Origin: Octopus sinensis
Taxonomy: Eukaryota
Assembly (NCBI RefSeq): GCF_006345805.1
Contig: NC_043013.1
Coordinates: forward strand, 39,060,001-39,124,000
DNA: 64,000 nucleotides
Direction of reading: 5' to 3'
Below are positions 36,746 to 48,088 of the stretch, piece by piece. The notes beneath the pieces are model-generated. The model was not told the origin of the DNA. It did not search any database and saw only the letters and a list, made by a program, of their open reading frames with translations. The first letter of the stretch is position 1. The number at the start of each line of letters is the position of its first letter. Position numbers and translations under genes: made by a program.

Positions 36746-37423
36746 GAATGTGAATTATTAAAGTGGCTAGTCACAATTTAAAACCAAAAGGCACATGTAC
36801 AATTGTCACTAAAGTGACTAAGGGTGCAAGTCGGCTCCATCATTGCTAGAAATAAGAGTCAAAACAACTCTTAGCCGTGGGCAAAGCTCTGTCTATTGGC
36901 TGACAAGAGAAACAGCCTCTGTACAGCAAACAAGAGTGTCGGGTCATTGGTGATTTCGCATAGAATAACTCCGCATCAGTGATGCTACATGTGTGTGTCT
37001 GTGTTTGGCCCCTGCTGTACTTGGTAACTGGTGTTAGTGTGTTTACGTCCCCATAACCTAGCAGTTCAGCAAAAGAAATTGATAAAGTACCAAGCTTTAA
37101 AAAAAAGCACTGGGGTTTGTCATTCGAATAAAAATTCTTCAAAGCAGGTCAATTTGAGATCATGAAATGACGACAAAAAGACTTTGACAAAGCTAGCTGA
37201 TTCTCTGGTTCATTGACCAAAAATTAGTCAAACAATAGATTAGTTGATTTGTTTAATGTTGACTAACAACAATAAAAGCAGTGAAGCAGAACTTGCTCCA
37301 GCTCTGTCTGTGCAAAAACAGAACCGGTGCATGTGTTTATTATTGGCGTAATGATGTATCCAAAATATAACTAAATTATTTATTTTATTTAATTATGTCT
37401 CATTTGTAATCTGTTTTGGTCAG

Positions 37424-37555
37424 TTATTGAATGAAGAAGATATAGCATTAGCTGAACGGACCTTCAATGGACAACTGTTGCCACTGAATCAGCCAAAGCT
37501 ACTTGTGGGTGGTGTGCTCCGACCCTATCAAATGGATGGATACAACTGGCTTAAG
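37424..37555 (+). CDS. HELLS: HELLS exon 9 (Q motif)
   Basis: ggtcag|TTA...AAG|gtaact; NQPKLLVGGVLRPYQMDGYNWLK. Confidence 0.96.
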
Positions 37556-39005
37556 GTAACTATTTACTATAATTTCCATTATTATTATCATCATTATTAT
37601 TATTAAGGCTGTGAGCTGTCAGAATTGTTACCAAACTGGGCAAATGCTTAGCGGGATTTCATCTGTCTTTGGGGTTGATTTTACCTTTCAACCTTGATAA
37701 TATTAAGTACCAGTTAATCACTGGGGGTATTGTAATCAACTTATACCTTTCCCCTAAATTGCAGATGTACCAAAATTTGAAACCACCATCATCATCATCA
37801 TTATTATTAAGAAGAAGAAGGTGGCAAGCTGGCAGAATTTTGCTAGCACTTTGCATGGATGTGTAACAGTATTCCATCTCTCTTTACATTCTGAGTTCAA
37901 ACTTTGCTGAGGTTGACGTTGCTTTGCATCTTTTGGGGGTTGATAAAATAAGTTCCAGCTGAACACGGGTATCAATATAATTGACTAAGCCCCTCTCTCA
38001 ACATTTTATCCCTTGTGTCTATAGTTAAAAGTGTTTTTATGTAGGCAGCTAGCTGGCAGAATCGTTAGAACATCTAACCAGAAGCTTTACAGCATTTCAT
38101 TGTTCTGAGTTCAAATTCAACCAAGGTCCATGCCCCCTATCCTTTTGGGTTTGATAAAATATTACCAGTTGAGCACTGGAATTGATGTAATCGACTGGTC
38201 CTTCTCTCCACAAAATTTCGGGCTTTGTGCCTGTAATAGAAAGGATTATTATTATTATTATTATTGAAGCTGGTAAGCCGGCAGAGTCATTAGCATGCTG
38301 AGCAAAATGCTTAGTGGCATTTTCATCCGTTGTAACAATCTGGGTTCAAATTATGCTGGGGGTTAACTTTTGCTGTTCATCCTTTTGGAGGGGGGGGGGT
38401 CGATTAAAATAAGTACTAGTTGAGAACTGGGGTCAATATAATCAACTCACCCACTTCCCCAAACATGCTGGCCTTGTGCCAAAATTTGAAACCATTATTA
38501 TTGTAATTATTATTATTATTATTAGTTCAAATTCTTCCGAGATCTACTTTACCTTTCATCCTTTCGGGGTTGATAAATTAAGTACCAGTTGTGTACTGGA
38601 GTCGATGTAATCGACTATCCCCCTCCCCCAAAATGTCAGGCCTTGTGCCTACAGTTGAAAGGATTATTATTATTATTATTATTATTATTGGTATTATTTG
38701 TTTCATTTCTTTTTATGTTCTCAGTTCAAATCCTGCCATGGCCAACTTAACTTTTCACCCCTCCAAAGGTTGATAAAATAAAGTACTGCTGAAGCACTGG
38801 GCTGGTTTTAATCAACTAATTCCATGCTTCAGCAATTCTGAATGTGAAAAATGTTTCTGAAAGATGCAGTTGCTGTGTTGTTTTTTGATATTGTCAGCAT
38901 GTCCATGACTGTTTGACATACAAAATTCAAAAAGGTACCCAAGGTGGTTGTTGTGATGGATAATCTTGTGGGTATCCACCAAGTCAGTTACCAGATGCCA
39001 AAACT

Positions 39006-39441
39006 TTAACCCTTTCCTTACCATATTTATAAATATAACAAAGAATTTAGTAAAATAATTTAGTTACCATTAAGCTAGTGTTAGGAACATAAATTTTGAC
39101 TAAGGTTTGGTGCAAGATTTTAATTCAAAACTTATGGAAACAAGACATTTTGTATTACAGACCCAGAGGTGGTTTCAACCAGGTTGGTATCGAAAGGGTT
39201 AAATTAATCATTTGTTAACTCTTTTGTTACCATATTTCTGAGATGCTCAGTTTTTTTTTCAATTAATTTCAAATATAAAAAAGAATTTAGTAAAATAATT
39301 TAGTTATCATTTATCTAATGTAAGGAACATAAATTGTGACTAAGGTTTAGTGGAAAATTTTCATTCAAAACATATGAAAACAGGACACTTGTACTATAGA
39401 GCCAGAGGTGGTTTTAGCTGGGTTCATATCGAAAGGGTTAA
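39006..39441. mobile_element. Two tandem piggyBac-type MITEs
   Basis: TTAAccctttc...gaaagggTTAA (39006-39202) and TTAActcttttg...gaaagggTTAA (39215-39441), mutually similar. Confidence 0.8.
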
Positions 39442-39527
39442 TGTGTCCATTTGCAGAGAAGCAAGGTGTTCAGAATATAGTATTATTCTTTGTTGAATTT
39501 TTATAAACAAATTTTCTTTTTCCACAG

Positions 39528-39710
39528 ATGTTGTATGAGAATGGTGTAAATGGTATATTGGCTGATGAAATGGGCCTTGGTAAAACCATCCAGTGTATAG
39601 CCTTGGTGTGTCACCTTGTATCAATGGGGGTCACAGGACCTTATTTGGTCTGTGCACCTCTCTCCACACTACCAAACTGGGTGTCTGAATTCAAGCAATT
39701 TGCACCTCAG
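39528..39710 (+). CDS. HELLS: HELLS exon 10 (Walker A, motif Ia)
   Basis: ccacag|ATG...CAG|gtttgt; [26 protein letters not shown]...[19 protein letters not shown]. Confidence 0.98.
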
Positions 39711-41473
39711 GTTTGTAATAATTCTTCATTTTTTTGTCTTCGTGTGTGTGTGTGGCTGAGTGTTGTTTTAACATCCACTTATCCAATCTAGTGTGTTGGA
39801 TGAAATTTGTATCAGATATTCCGCTACTGGATACCTTTCCTGTCACTAACCCTCACCTGTTTATTTGTAAGCTAATATTTCCTTATGGGCAGACATGTTC
39901 TTGCAGAAAATTGGAAATGATTGACGCTGCTTCTGTGACAGTAACAACCATTGCACAATTATCATGTAATGTCAATACAAGGAGACACGTATTGAAGTTA
40001 GTGGAATCATCTAATCCCCCCCTCCTCTCAAACTTGCTGGCCCCATGGTCATCTCATTATTATTTAGGTTTAATTAGTCCACATTACTCCATAAAGAGCA
40101 CAGGGCCAGTTTCTGTGGTATTTTTTCCTGGATGGGATGTCAGTTTGTTGTAGGATTACTTATTTTCATCAGCTGGTGAACTGGAGTGGATGTGAAATGA
40201 AGTGTTTTGCTCAAGAACACAATGCATTGCCTGGTCGAGGAATTGAAATCATAATCTTATGATAATGAGTCCAACACCCGAAATTACTAAGTCATGTGCC
40301 TCCATTATTATCATTATTATTATTAAGAGCACCATCCAAGCATGATCGTTGCCAGAGCAGCTAACTGGCTTCCATGCTGGTGGTTTGTAAAAGGCACCAT
40401 TCAAGCGTGATCGTTGCTAGCATCACCTTACTGGTTCTTGTGCCGGTGGCACATGAAAAAACAATTGAGCGAGGTTGTTGCCAGTGCCGCTGGACTGGCT
40501 CCTGTGCAGGTGGCACGTAAGAAACACCATTTGAGCGTGGCTGTTGCCAGTATCGTCTGACTGGTCCTCATGCCGGTGGCACGTAAAAGCACCCACTACA
40601 CTCTCGGAGTGGTTGACGTTAGGAAGGGCATCCAGCTGTAGAAACTCTGCCAGATCAGATTGGAGCCTGGTGCAGCCATGTGGTTCACCAGTCCTCAGTC
40701 AAATTGGCCAACCCATGCTAGCATGGAGAGTGGATGTTAAATGATGATGATCATCATCATAATCATTATGATGATTATAATATTATTAAGGCAGCAAGCT
40801 GGCAGAATCGTTATCACGCTGGGCGAAATACTTAGTGGTATTTTGTCTGTTGCTACATTCTGAGTTCAAATTCTGCTGAAGTCGACTTTATCTTTCATCC
40901 TTTCGGGATTGATAAATTAAGTGCCAGTGAAATACTGGGGTTGATGTAATCAACTAGTCTTCTCCCCACCAAATTTCAGGCCTTGTGCCTATAGGTGAAA
41001 GCATTATTATTATTATTGTTAAGGGTCTCCCTTAACTCCTTGAAATTGTATAGAACCACAGTCATAGCTGTGTGGCTAAGAAGTTTGTTCCCTAATTGCA
41101 TGGTTTCTGATTCAGTCTCACCACATGGTACTCTTATGTAAGTGTCTTGTATTGTAGCTCCGGGTTAATGAAAACCCTGAGTGGATTTGGTAGATGGAAA
41201 CAGACAGAAGCCTACTTTGTGTGTGTGTGTGCACTTGTGTCTCCTGTCTAGACACTTCATGATAGTTGTAAGTCGGCATCATAACCATACAAACGGTATC
41301 GATCATTTAAAGTCTTCTGTGGAACATGTCCACCGAAGGGAAGATATTAGGTTATTTGGAAATGGGTGAAGATTGGCAACAGAAATAGCATATATAGAAA
41401 ATTTATCTCAACAAATTCCATCTGACTCGTGCTAGCATGGGGAAATGGTTGTTAAATCAATGCTTATGATATA

Positions 41474-41914
41474 ATTTACATTGGACGGATATGTGTCCTC
41501 ATCTTGTTTGTTGTTACCACAACATTTTGGCTGATTTACTCTGCAGCCTTCTTCAGGTGTCCCGGTAGGATTTTGAACCCAACCCTGGGTTTTCATTCCT
41601 AAGGTTTTTTTTTGCTGATGTTATTATTTATTCAAGGCACTGCCTGGATTGAACTTGGAATCTTGGGGTTAGTAGCCCATGCTCTTAACCATTACACTAT
41701 ATCCCCATGGGCATAAATAATAATAATAATATCAGCCAAAAAAAGTACCTTAGTAATGAGAACCCAGGGTTGCGTTCAAAATTCTACCAGGACACCTGAT
41801 GAAGGCTGGAGAGTAAATCAGCCGAAACGATGTGCTAACAACAAACAAGATGAGGACACATATCCGTCCAATGTTAAAAATGTATAGAATTCCTCATCTC
41901 TAAAATATAGAACA
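41474..41914. mobile_element. Foldback pair of family D element, locus 3 (HELLS intron 10)
   Basis: Left arm includes a full reverse tRNA head; right arm restarts at the (AAT)n linker; HHRs on both arms. Confidence 0.85.
41791..41836 (+). ncRNA. Minimal type I hammerhead ribozyme, cleavage triplet mutated (GUU->GAU)
   Basis: GACAC-CTGATGA-A-GGCTG-gagagtaaat-CAGCC-GAAA-C-GAT-GTGCT. Confidence 0.75.
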
Positions 41915-42397
41915 GTAATGCTAATGATGTATACTTGTGTGTATGTTCATAACTGGTGTTGGTTTGTTTATGCCCCTATGACTTGGAGGTTCAGCAAAAA
42001 GATAGAACAAGTACCAGACTTGGAAAAAAAAAAAAAAAAACCAAGTATTAGGATTGATTTCATTGACTTAACTGTAAAATTTTACTCCCACCTTTTGCTC
42101 ACGCTCAAATGTTATTCCTCCTGCCATTTACCCAAACATTTTTTAGAAATCAATTTATACTTAAAACCTCCCCAGACACATAAGCAATGTACGTGTGAAG
42201 TTTAAGAAAAATGGGTCGAGCCGTTTTGGTGCAGAGTGTTAGTGACTGTGCTGGAGTGGTGCCCCAGCATGGTCAGCCCACAGTCCAAGGATTGAAATAA
42301 GTAAAAAAAAAAAAAAAGCTAAAGAGAATGATTTTATCCATGTAATTATTGAAATTACCTTCTTTACCTTGAATAGTTTTAATTCTTGTCCTTACAG

Positions 42398-42621
42398 ATC
42401 CCTGTAGTGTTGTATCATGGAGATCGTGCCACGAGGTCAGCATTGCGCCAGAAACTCCTCACTGAGAAAAAACTCGATGAGAACACTTACATTCTGCCGG
42501 TCATCGTTACATCGTACCAAATCATTATGAATGACCGTAAACTGCTGTCGCACATAAACTGGAAATATTTGATTATTGATGAAGGCCAGCGCATTAAGAA
42601 CACACACTGTCGTCTGATTAG
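42398..42621 (+). CDS. HELLS: HELLS exon 11 (Walker B, reads DEGQ)
   Basis: ttacag|ATC...AG|gtgagt; IPVVLYHG...PVIVTSYQIIMNDRKLLSHINWKYLIIDEGQRIKNTHCRLI. Confidence 0.98.
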
Positions 42622-43330
42622 GTGAGTACTGTCCCTGGGTATATATATGTTAGTAGAGGTGCAGGAATGGCCTGCTTCCCAATCTTGTGGTTTTGAGTTC
42701 AGTCCTACTCTGCAACGACACTTTGGACATGTGTCTTCTACTAGAGCTCTGGGCTGACCCGAGTGTTAGTGGATTTGGCAGATGGAAGCTTAAAAGAAAA
42801 GCTTGTGTGTGTGTTTACGTGTGCGACAATGTTTAGGTTATAAATGAGAATCCCTGTCATGCAAATGGTATTCTTAGTTTCCAGTCCTCTGTGTGACCAT
42901 GGGAAATATTATCTTGCTTGGAAACATATGAGGGTTGGCAATAGTTAGGGTATTTGGGCATTGAAAATCTGCCTCAGCAAATTCCATATGACCTATGCAA
43001 GCATGGAAAAGTGGAGGTTAATGATGATGAAGAAAGGATGGCACGTGAATGTGTTTGTGTATTGGTGATGCATAAAAGACACTCGGCTCACTCTGTAAAG
43101 TGGTTGGCATTAAAAAGGGCATCCACGTGCAGAAATCAAACCAAAACAGATGACTGGAGTCTGGTGATGCTCTTTGGCTTAGCAACTCTGGTCAGACCAT
43201 CTAACCCATGTCTGCATGTAGAATGGACAGTAAATGATGATGATTTATATACAGTTCTAAATTTAAGAGATGAGGAATTATGTACATTATTTACATTTGA
43301 CAGATATGTGTCTTCATCTTGTTTGTTGTT

Positions 43331-43376
43331 AACACAACGTTTTGGCTGATATACTCTCCAGCCTTCATCAGGTGTC
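43331..43376 (-). ncRNA. Minimal type I hammerhead ribozyme, one core change (G12->A at a CpG)
   Basis: Reverse strand GACAC-CTGATGA-A-GGCTG-gagagtatat-CAGCC-AAAA-C-GTT-GTGTT. Confidence 0.78.
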
Positions 43377-43627
43377 TTGGGGAAATTTCGAACCTGAGTT
43401 CTCATTCCTAAGGTATTTTTTGATGTTATTATTATCATTATTCAAGTCACAGCCTGGAATTGAACTTGGAATCTTAGGGTTAGTAGCCCATGGGCATATG
43501 ATGTAGTGCTTAAGAGCTCTGGCTACTAACCACAAGATTCCAAGTTCGATTCCAGGCTGTGACCTGAATAATAATAATATTGAAAAAAAACCGTAGGAAT
43601 GAAAACCCAGGTTCGAAATTTCCCCAA

Positions 43628-43673
43628 GATACCCGAAGAAGGCTGGAGGGTATATCAACCGAAACGTTGTGTT
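43628..43673 (+). ncRNA. Minimal type I hammerhead ribozyme, decayed (U4->C)
   Basis: GATAC-CCGAAGA-A-GGCTG-gagggtatat-CAACC-GAAA-C-GTT-GTGTT. Confidence 0.7.
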
Positions 43674-44361
43674 AACAACAAATATCTGTCAAATATAAAT
43701 AATGTAGATGATTTATATGTAATGAAGTCAAACAAAATAATATTTCGAAAGCCTTTAAAATGTATATTTCAGATCATTATGTTGCAGATAACAAGACATC
43801 CCTGGTCTTGAGCAAGAGATGGATTTTCTATTATTTATAACGTAATAATCCAAAACGTACATATTAAATGCTTGCTTTCAAAATATCATTATTTTCTTTG
43901 ACTCCATTATTTTACCTAATACATGACGATGATGATGAACTCGATGCTTGTACAAGTCAGCCTGTCCCAACTGCATATATGCGGATACTTTAAAAAGGAT
44001 TTCTGAGTAGTTGTAATTTGACTCGAGTTGAAAATCCTGGTACAGTGCACCATTTCTTAGCGTAGCACAGTGTGTGTGTGTGTGTGTGTGTGCTCATTTC
44101 TATGTTTGTCTCCTTGCTTATATTATACCAGGTATGGTATGTATATTTGCCCATGCGTTTTATTAGTAGGTAAAAAGTTTCAGGCTTCTTAGTGGCCACC
44201 TTTTATTGTCATCATAGCCCTTAATCTTTTCTCCTCTGAAAATGCATGACCTATTTTGTTTAAGTAATGGGTAAATGTATATGCCACACCCATAACATGT
44301 CTGTGTTATATCTTTATGATATATATCTGTGTGTTTTTATATTAATATATGATCATAGAAA

Positions 44362-44757
44362 GGCGGCGAGCTGGCAGAAATGTTAGTATGCCAGGCGAAA
44401 TGCTTAACGGTATTTCGTCTGCCGTTACGTTCTGAGTTCAAATTCCGCCGAGGTCGACTTTGCCTTTCATCCTTTCGGGGTCGATTAAATAAGTACCAGT
44501 TACGCACTGGGATCGATGTAATCGACTTGATCTGTTTGCCTGTCCTTGTTTGTCCTCTCTGTGTTTAGCCCCTTGTGGGTAGTAAAGAAATAGGTATTTC
44601 GTCTGTCTTTATATAGAGTTCAAATGCTGCCAAGGTCGACTTTGCCTTTCATCCTTTCGGGGTTGATAAATTAAGTACCAGTTGTGTACTGGGGTTGATC
44701 TAACTGACTGGCCCCCTCCCCCAATATTTCAGGCCTTGTGCCTAGAGTAGAAAAGAA
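44362..44757 (+). mobile_element. SINE family B, dimeric copy
   Basis: Full monomer, then a headless second monomer starting at gtatttcgtctg and ending aggccttgtgcctagag. Confidence 0.87.
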
Positions 44758-45404
44758 TATATAATCATATATTTATAACATGGTGGAAAATTGAGGAATT
44801 TGTGACATTCATGCCTTTCTAATTAGAATTAATCAATGCAATGTAAGAATTTTATCCTGGGAATCCCCACCAGATTTTGTTTTTTTTTATGTCGTGAATT
44901 TTGTTTTTTATACTATAATACCCTTCACGCAGATACACTTGACTGGTTTTGTATATCGCTAGAAACATCACTGATCATAAAAGTAGCTGAGTAGATTGTA
45001 ATATGTGGCTGTGTGGTTGGAAAGTTTGCTTCCCAACCACATGGTTTTGGGTTCGGTCCCACTACATGGCACCATGGGCAAGTAAGTGTCTTTTACTATA
45101 ACCCAGGCTAACATATTATTTGGTAGATGGAAACTGAAACAAGTCCATTGTATGGTGTGTGTGTGTGTGTGTGTGTTTGAGTCTCTCTGTCTTGACATAG
45201 TTTTGGCAGCTGTAAATGAGTGTCACTGTTATACAGGCAGTGCCATTCATTTCCGGTAGTCTGTGGAAAGATACCTGGTCATGGTGAAATATTATCTTGC
45301 TTGAAAACGGCTGAGGGTTAGCAACAAGAAGGGCATCTGGCTGAGGTAAGTCTACCACAACAAATTCCATCTGACCCATGTGAACATAGAAAAATTTGAT
45401 TTAA

Positions 45405-45590
<186 letters not shown>

Positions 45591-46013
45591 TAAGGTATTC
45601 CCTCTTGATTGCTACAACACCTTCATCATCACATTCTGCTGCTGCTGCTGCTGATGATGATGATGTATGTATGTATGTAGTCAGTTGACTCACCCATTTT
45701 TTGGTAGTGACTTCCCTATTTCTCGGTCCTTGTACAATTTAAACTTCTACAACAACAACAATAACAATGGTTTCAAATTTTGGCTCAAGGCCAGCAATCT
45801 TTGTGGGAGAGGGTAAGTTGATTACATGGACTCCAGCACTCAGCTTATACTTATTTCATTGACCCCGAAAAGATGAAAGGCAAAGTTGACTTTGGCAGGA
45901 TTTGAACTTGGAACCATCTTTATGGATGAATTTAGCTCAGAGTGCTAATGATTCTGCCAGCTCGCTGCCTTTATAACAACAATGACAATGATGATAATAA
46001 TAATAATAATAAT

Positions 46014-46392
46014 ATCAATACCAGCAGATGACAACGTTTCTCTAAAAGAAACGGAGAAATTTTCAAAATGTAAAGATCTGGAAATAGAGATAACTTGAAT
46101 GTGGAGCCTAAAAACAAAAACAATTTCTATCACAGTAGGTGTATTAGGTATGATATAAAAAAAACAAAAAAACATTCAGACAGATACATAATAAAAACAC
46201 CAGGACTAACACAGAAAATAGCACTACTGGGTACCGTACACATCCTGTGTAAAACGCTTTCAATACAGTGAACATAAGAGCACCACAACAAACAACAGCA
46301 TGTACCCAAGTTTAACAGAGCTGTGCTTGGTAGTGCGGTGAAAGCCTGTGATAAAAATAAGACTACCGAATAATAATAATAATAATAATAAC
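46014..46392 (+). mobile_element. RLE-type LINE 3' fragment between two (TAA)n tracts
   Basis: ISIPADDNVSLKETEKFSKCKDLEIEIT*MWSLKTKTISITVGVLGMI...QKIALLGTVHILCKTL. Confidence 0.8.
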
Positions 46393-46719
46393 TAGCTGGA
46401 AAATACAAAAAAATGTAAGCATCTGTAAATTGTGTACTGGTGCCATGAGGAAGGTCTTGTGACAGCGGTGGCAAGCTGGCGAAATGCTTAGCGGTTTTTC
46501 ATCTATCTTTGCATTCTGAGTTCAAATTCTGCCATGGTCGACTTTGCCTCTCATCCTTTCGGGATTGATAAATTAAGTACTAGTTGTGTACTGGGGTCGA
46601 TCTAATCGACTGGCCCCTTCCCACCAACATCGGTTGTCAAGCAATAGTGGTCGGGGGACAAACATATGCACAAACACACACACACACACACACACATATA
46701 TACACATATACAAACATAC

Positions 46720-46755
<36 letters not shown>

Positions 46756-46756
46756 C

Positions 46757-48088
46757 GCTATCTAGGTGACCAAGTCAGTAGGGGGGTGGGTGCGCTGAAA
46801 GTGTAACTGCTAGAATAAGAATAGCCTGGGCAAAGTTTAGGGAGCTCTTACCTCTGCTGGTGACTAAAGGCCTCTCGCTCAGAGTAAAAGGCAGACTGTA
46901 TGATGCATGTGTACGAACAGCTATGCTACATGGCAGTGAAACATGGGCCGTGACTGCTGAGGACATGCGTAAGCTCGTGAGGAACGAAGCCAGTATGCTC
47001 CGATGGATGTGTAATGTCAGTGTACTTACTCGACAGAGCGTTAGTACCTTGAGAGAAATGTTGTACCTAAGAAGCATCAGTTGTTGTGTGCAAGAGAGAC
47101 GATTGCGCTGGTATGGTCATGTGGCGAGAATGGATGAAGAGAGGTGTGTGAGAAAGTGCCAATCCCTAGCAGTTGAGGGAACCCGTGGAGAGGTAGACCC
47201 AGGAAAACCTGGGACGAGGTGGTGAAGCACGACCTTCGGACGTTAGGTCTCACCATGGAAATGACTAGAGACCGAGACCTATGGAAGTATGCTGTGCGTG
47301 AGAAGACCCGGCAAGACTAGTGAAGCCATAATCCGTGGCCCTACCTGGGACGTAGTCAGTCCACCTGTGCATACCTTCCTTCTTGTGACACTTGTGAAGA
47401 CCTGTTGAGGCAAGTGAAAATCGAATCGAATCGTATCAAATCAAATCGAACCAAATCAAAATAGATGAACATCAATGGAATTTGTATCCTTGTGGTACCA
47501 GTGCCGGTGGCACATAAGAAAACCATCCGAACGTGACCGTAGCCAGTACCGCAATGACTGGCCTCCGTGCTGAGGGCACGTAACAAACACCATCCGAGCG
47601 TGGCCGTCCGCCAGCCTCGTCTAGCACCTGTGTCGGTGACACATAAGAAAACACCATCCGAGCGTGGCCGTCTGCCAGCCTCGTCTGGCACCTGTGTCGG
47701 TGGCACATAAAAAACACCATCCGAGCGTGGCCGTCTGCCAGCCTCGTCTGGCACCTGTGTCGGTGGTGGCACATAAAAAAACAAACACCATCCGAGCGTG
47801 GCCGTCTGCCAGCCTCGTCTGGCACCTGTGTCGGTGGCACATAAAAAAACACCATCCGAGCGTGGCCGTCTGCCAGCCTCGTCTGGCACCTGTGTCGGTG
47901 GCACATAAAAATCACCCACTACCACTCTCGGAGTGGTTGGCGTTAGGAAGGGCATCCAGCTGTAGAAACACTGCCACATCTGACTGGCCTGGTGCAGCCT
48001 TCGGGCTTCCCAGACCCCAGTTGAACCGTCCAATCCATGCTAGCATGGAAAGCGGACGTTAAACGATGATGATGATGATGATGATGAT
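46757..48088 (+). mobile_element. 5'-truncated RTE LINE with 3' UTR tandem array and (GAT)n tail
   Basis: YLGDQVS...ARIRIAWAKFRELLPLL...RTAMLHGSETW...RLRWYGHVARMDE...GRPRKTWDEVV; five ~62-bp units at 47600-47915; CpG-rich, young. Confidence 0.93.

Larger units (their letters stand above)
43251..43705. mobile_element. Foldback pair of family D element, locus 4 (HELLS intron 11)
   Basis: Centre gtagcccatgggcatatg; B box GTTCGATTCC at 43544-43553; arms are inverted copies of about 230 bp. Confidence 0.88.

Noticed and set aside
39734-40153. 139-aa ORF after exon 10 and other 60-130 aa track ORFs
   Set aside because: They overlap SINE or RTE-tail repeats or are read-throughs of true exons into introns; no independent coding evidence.
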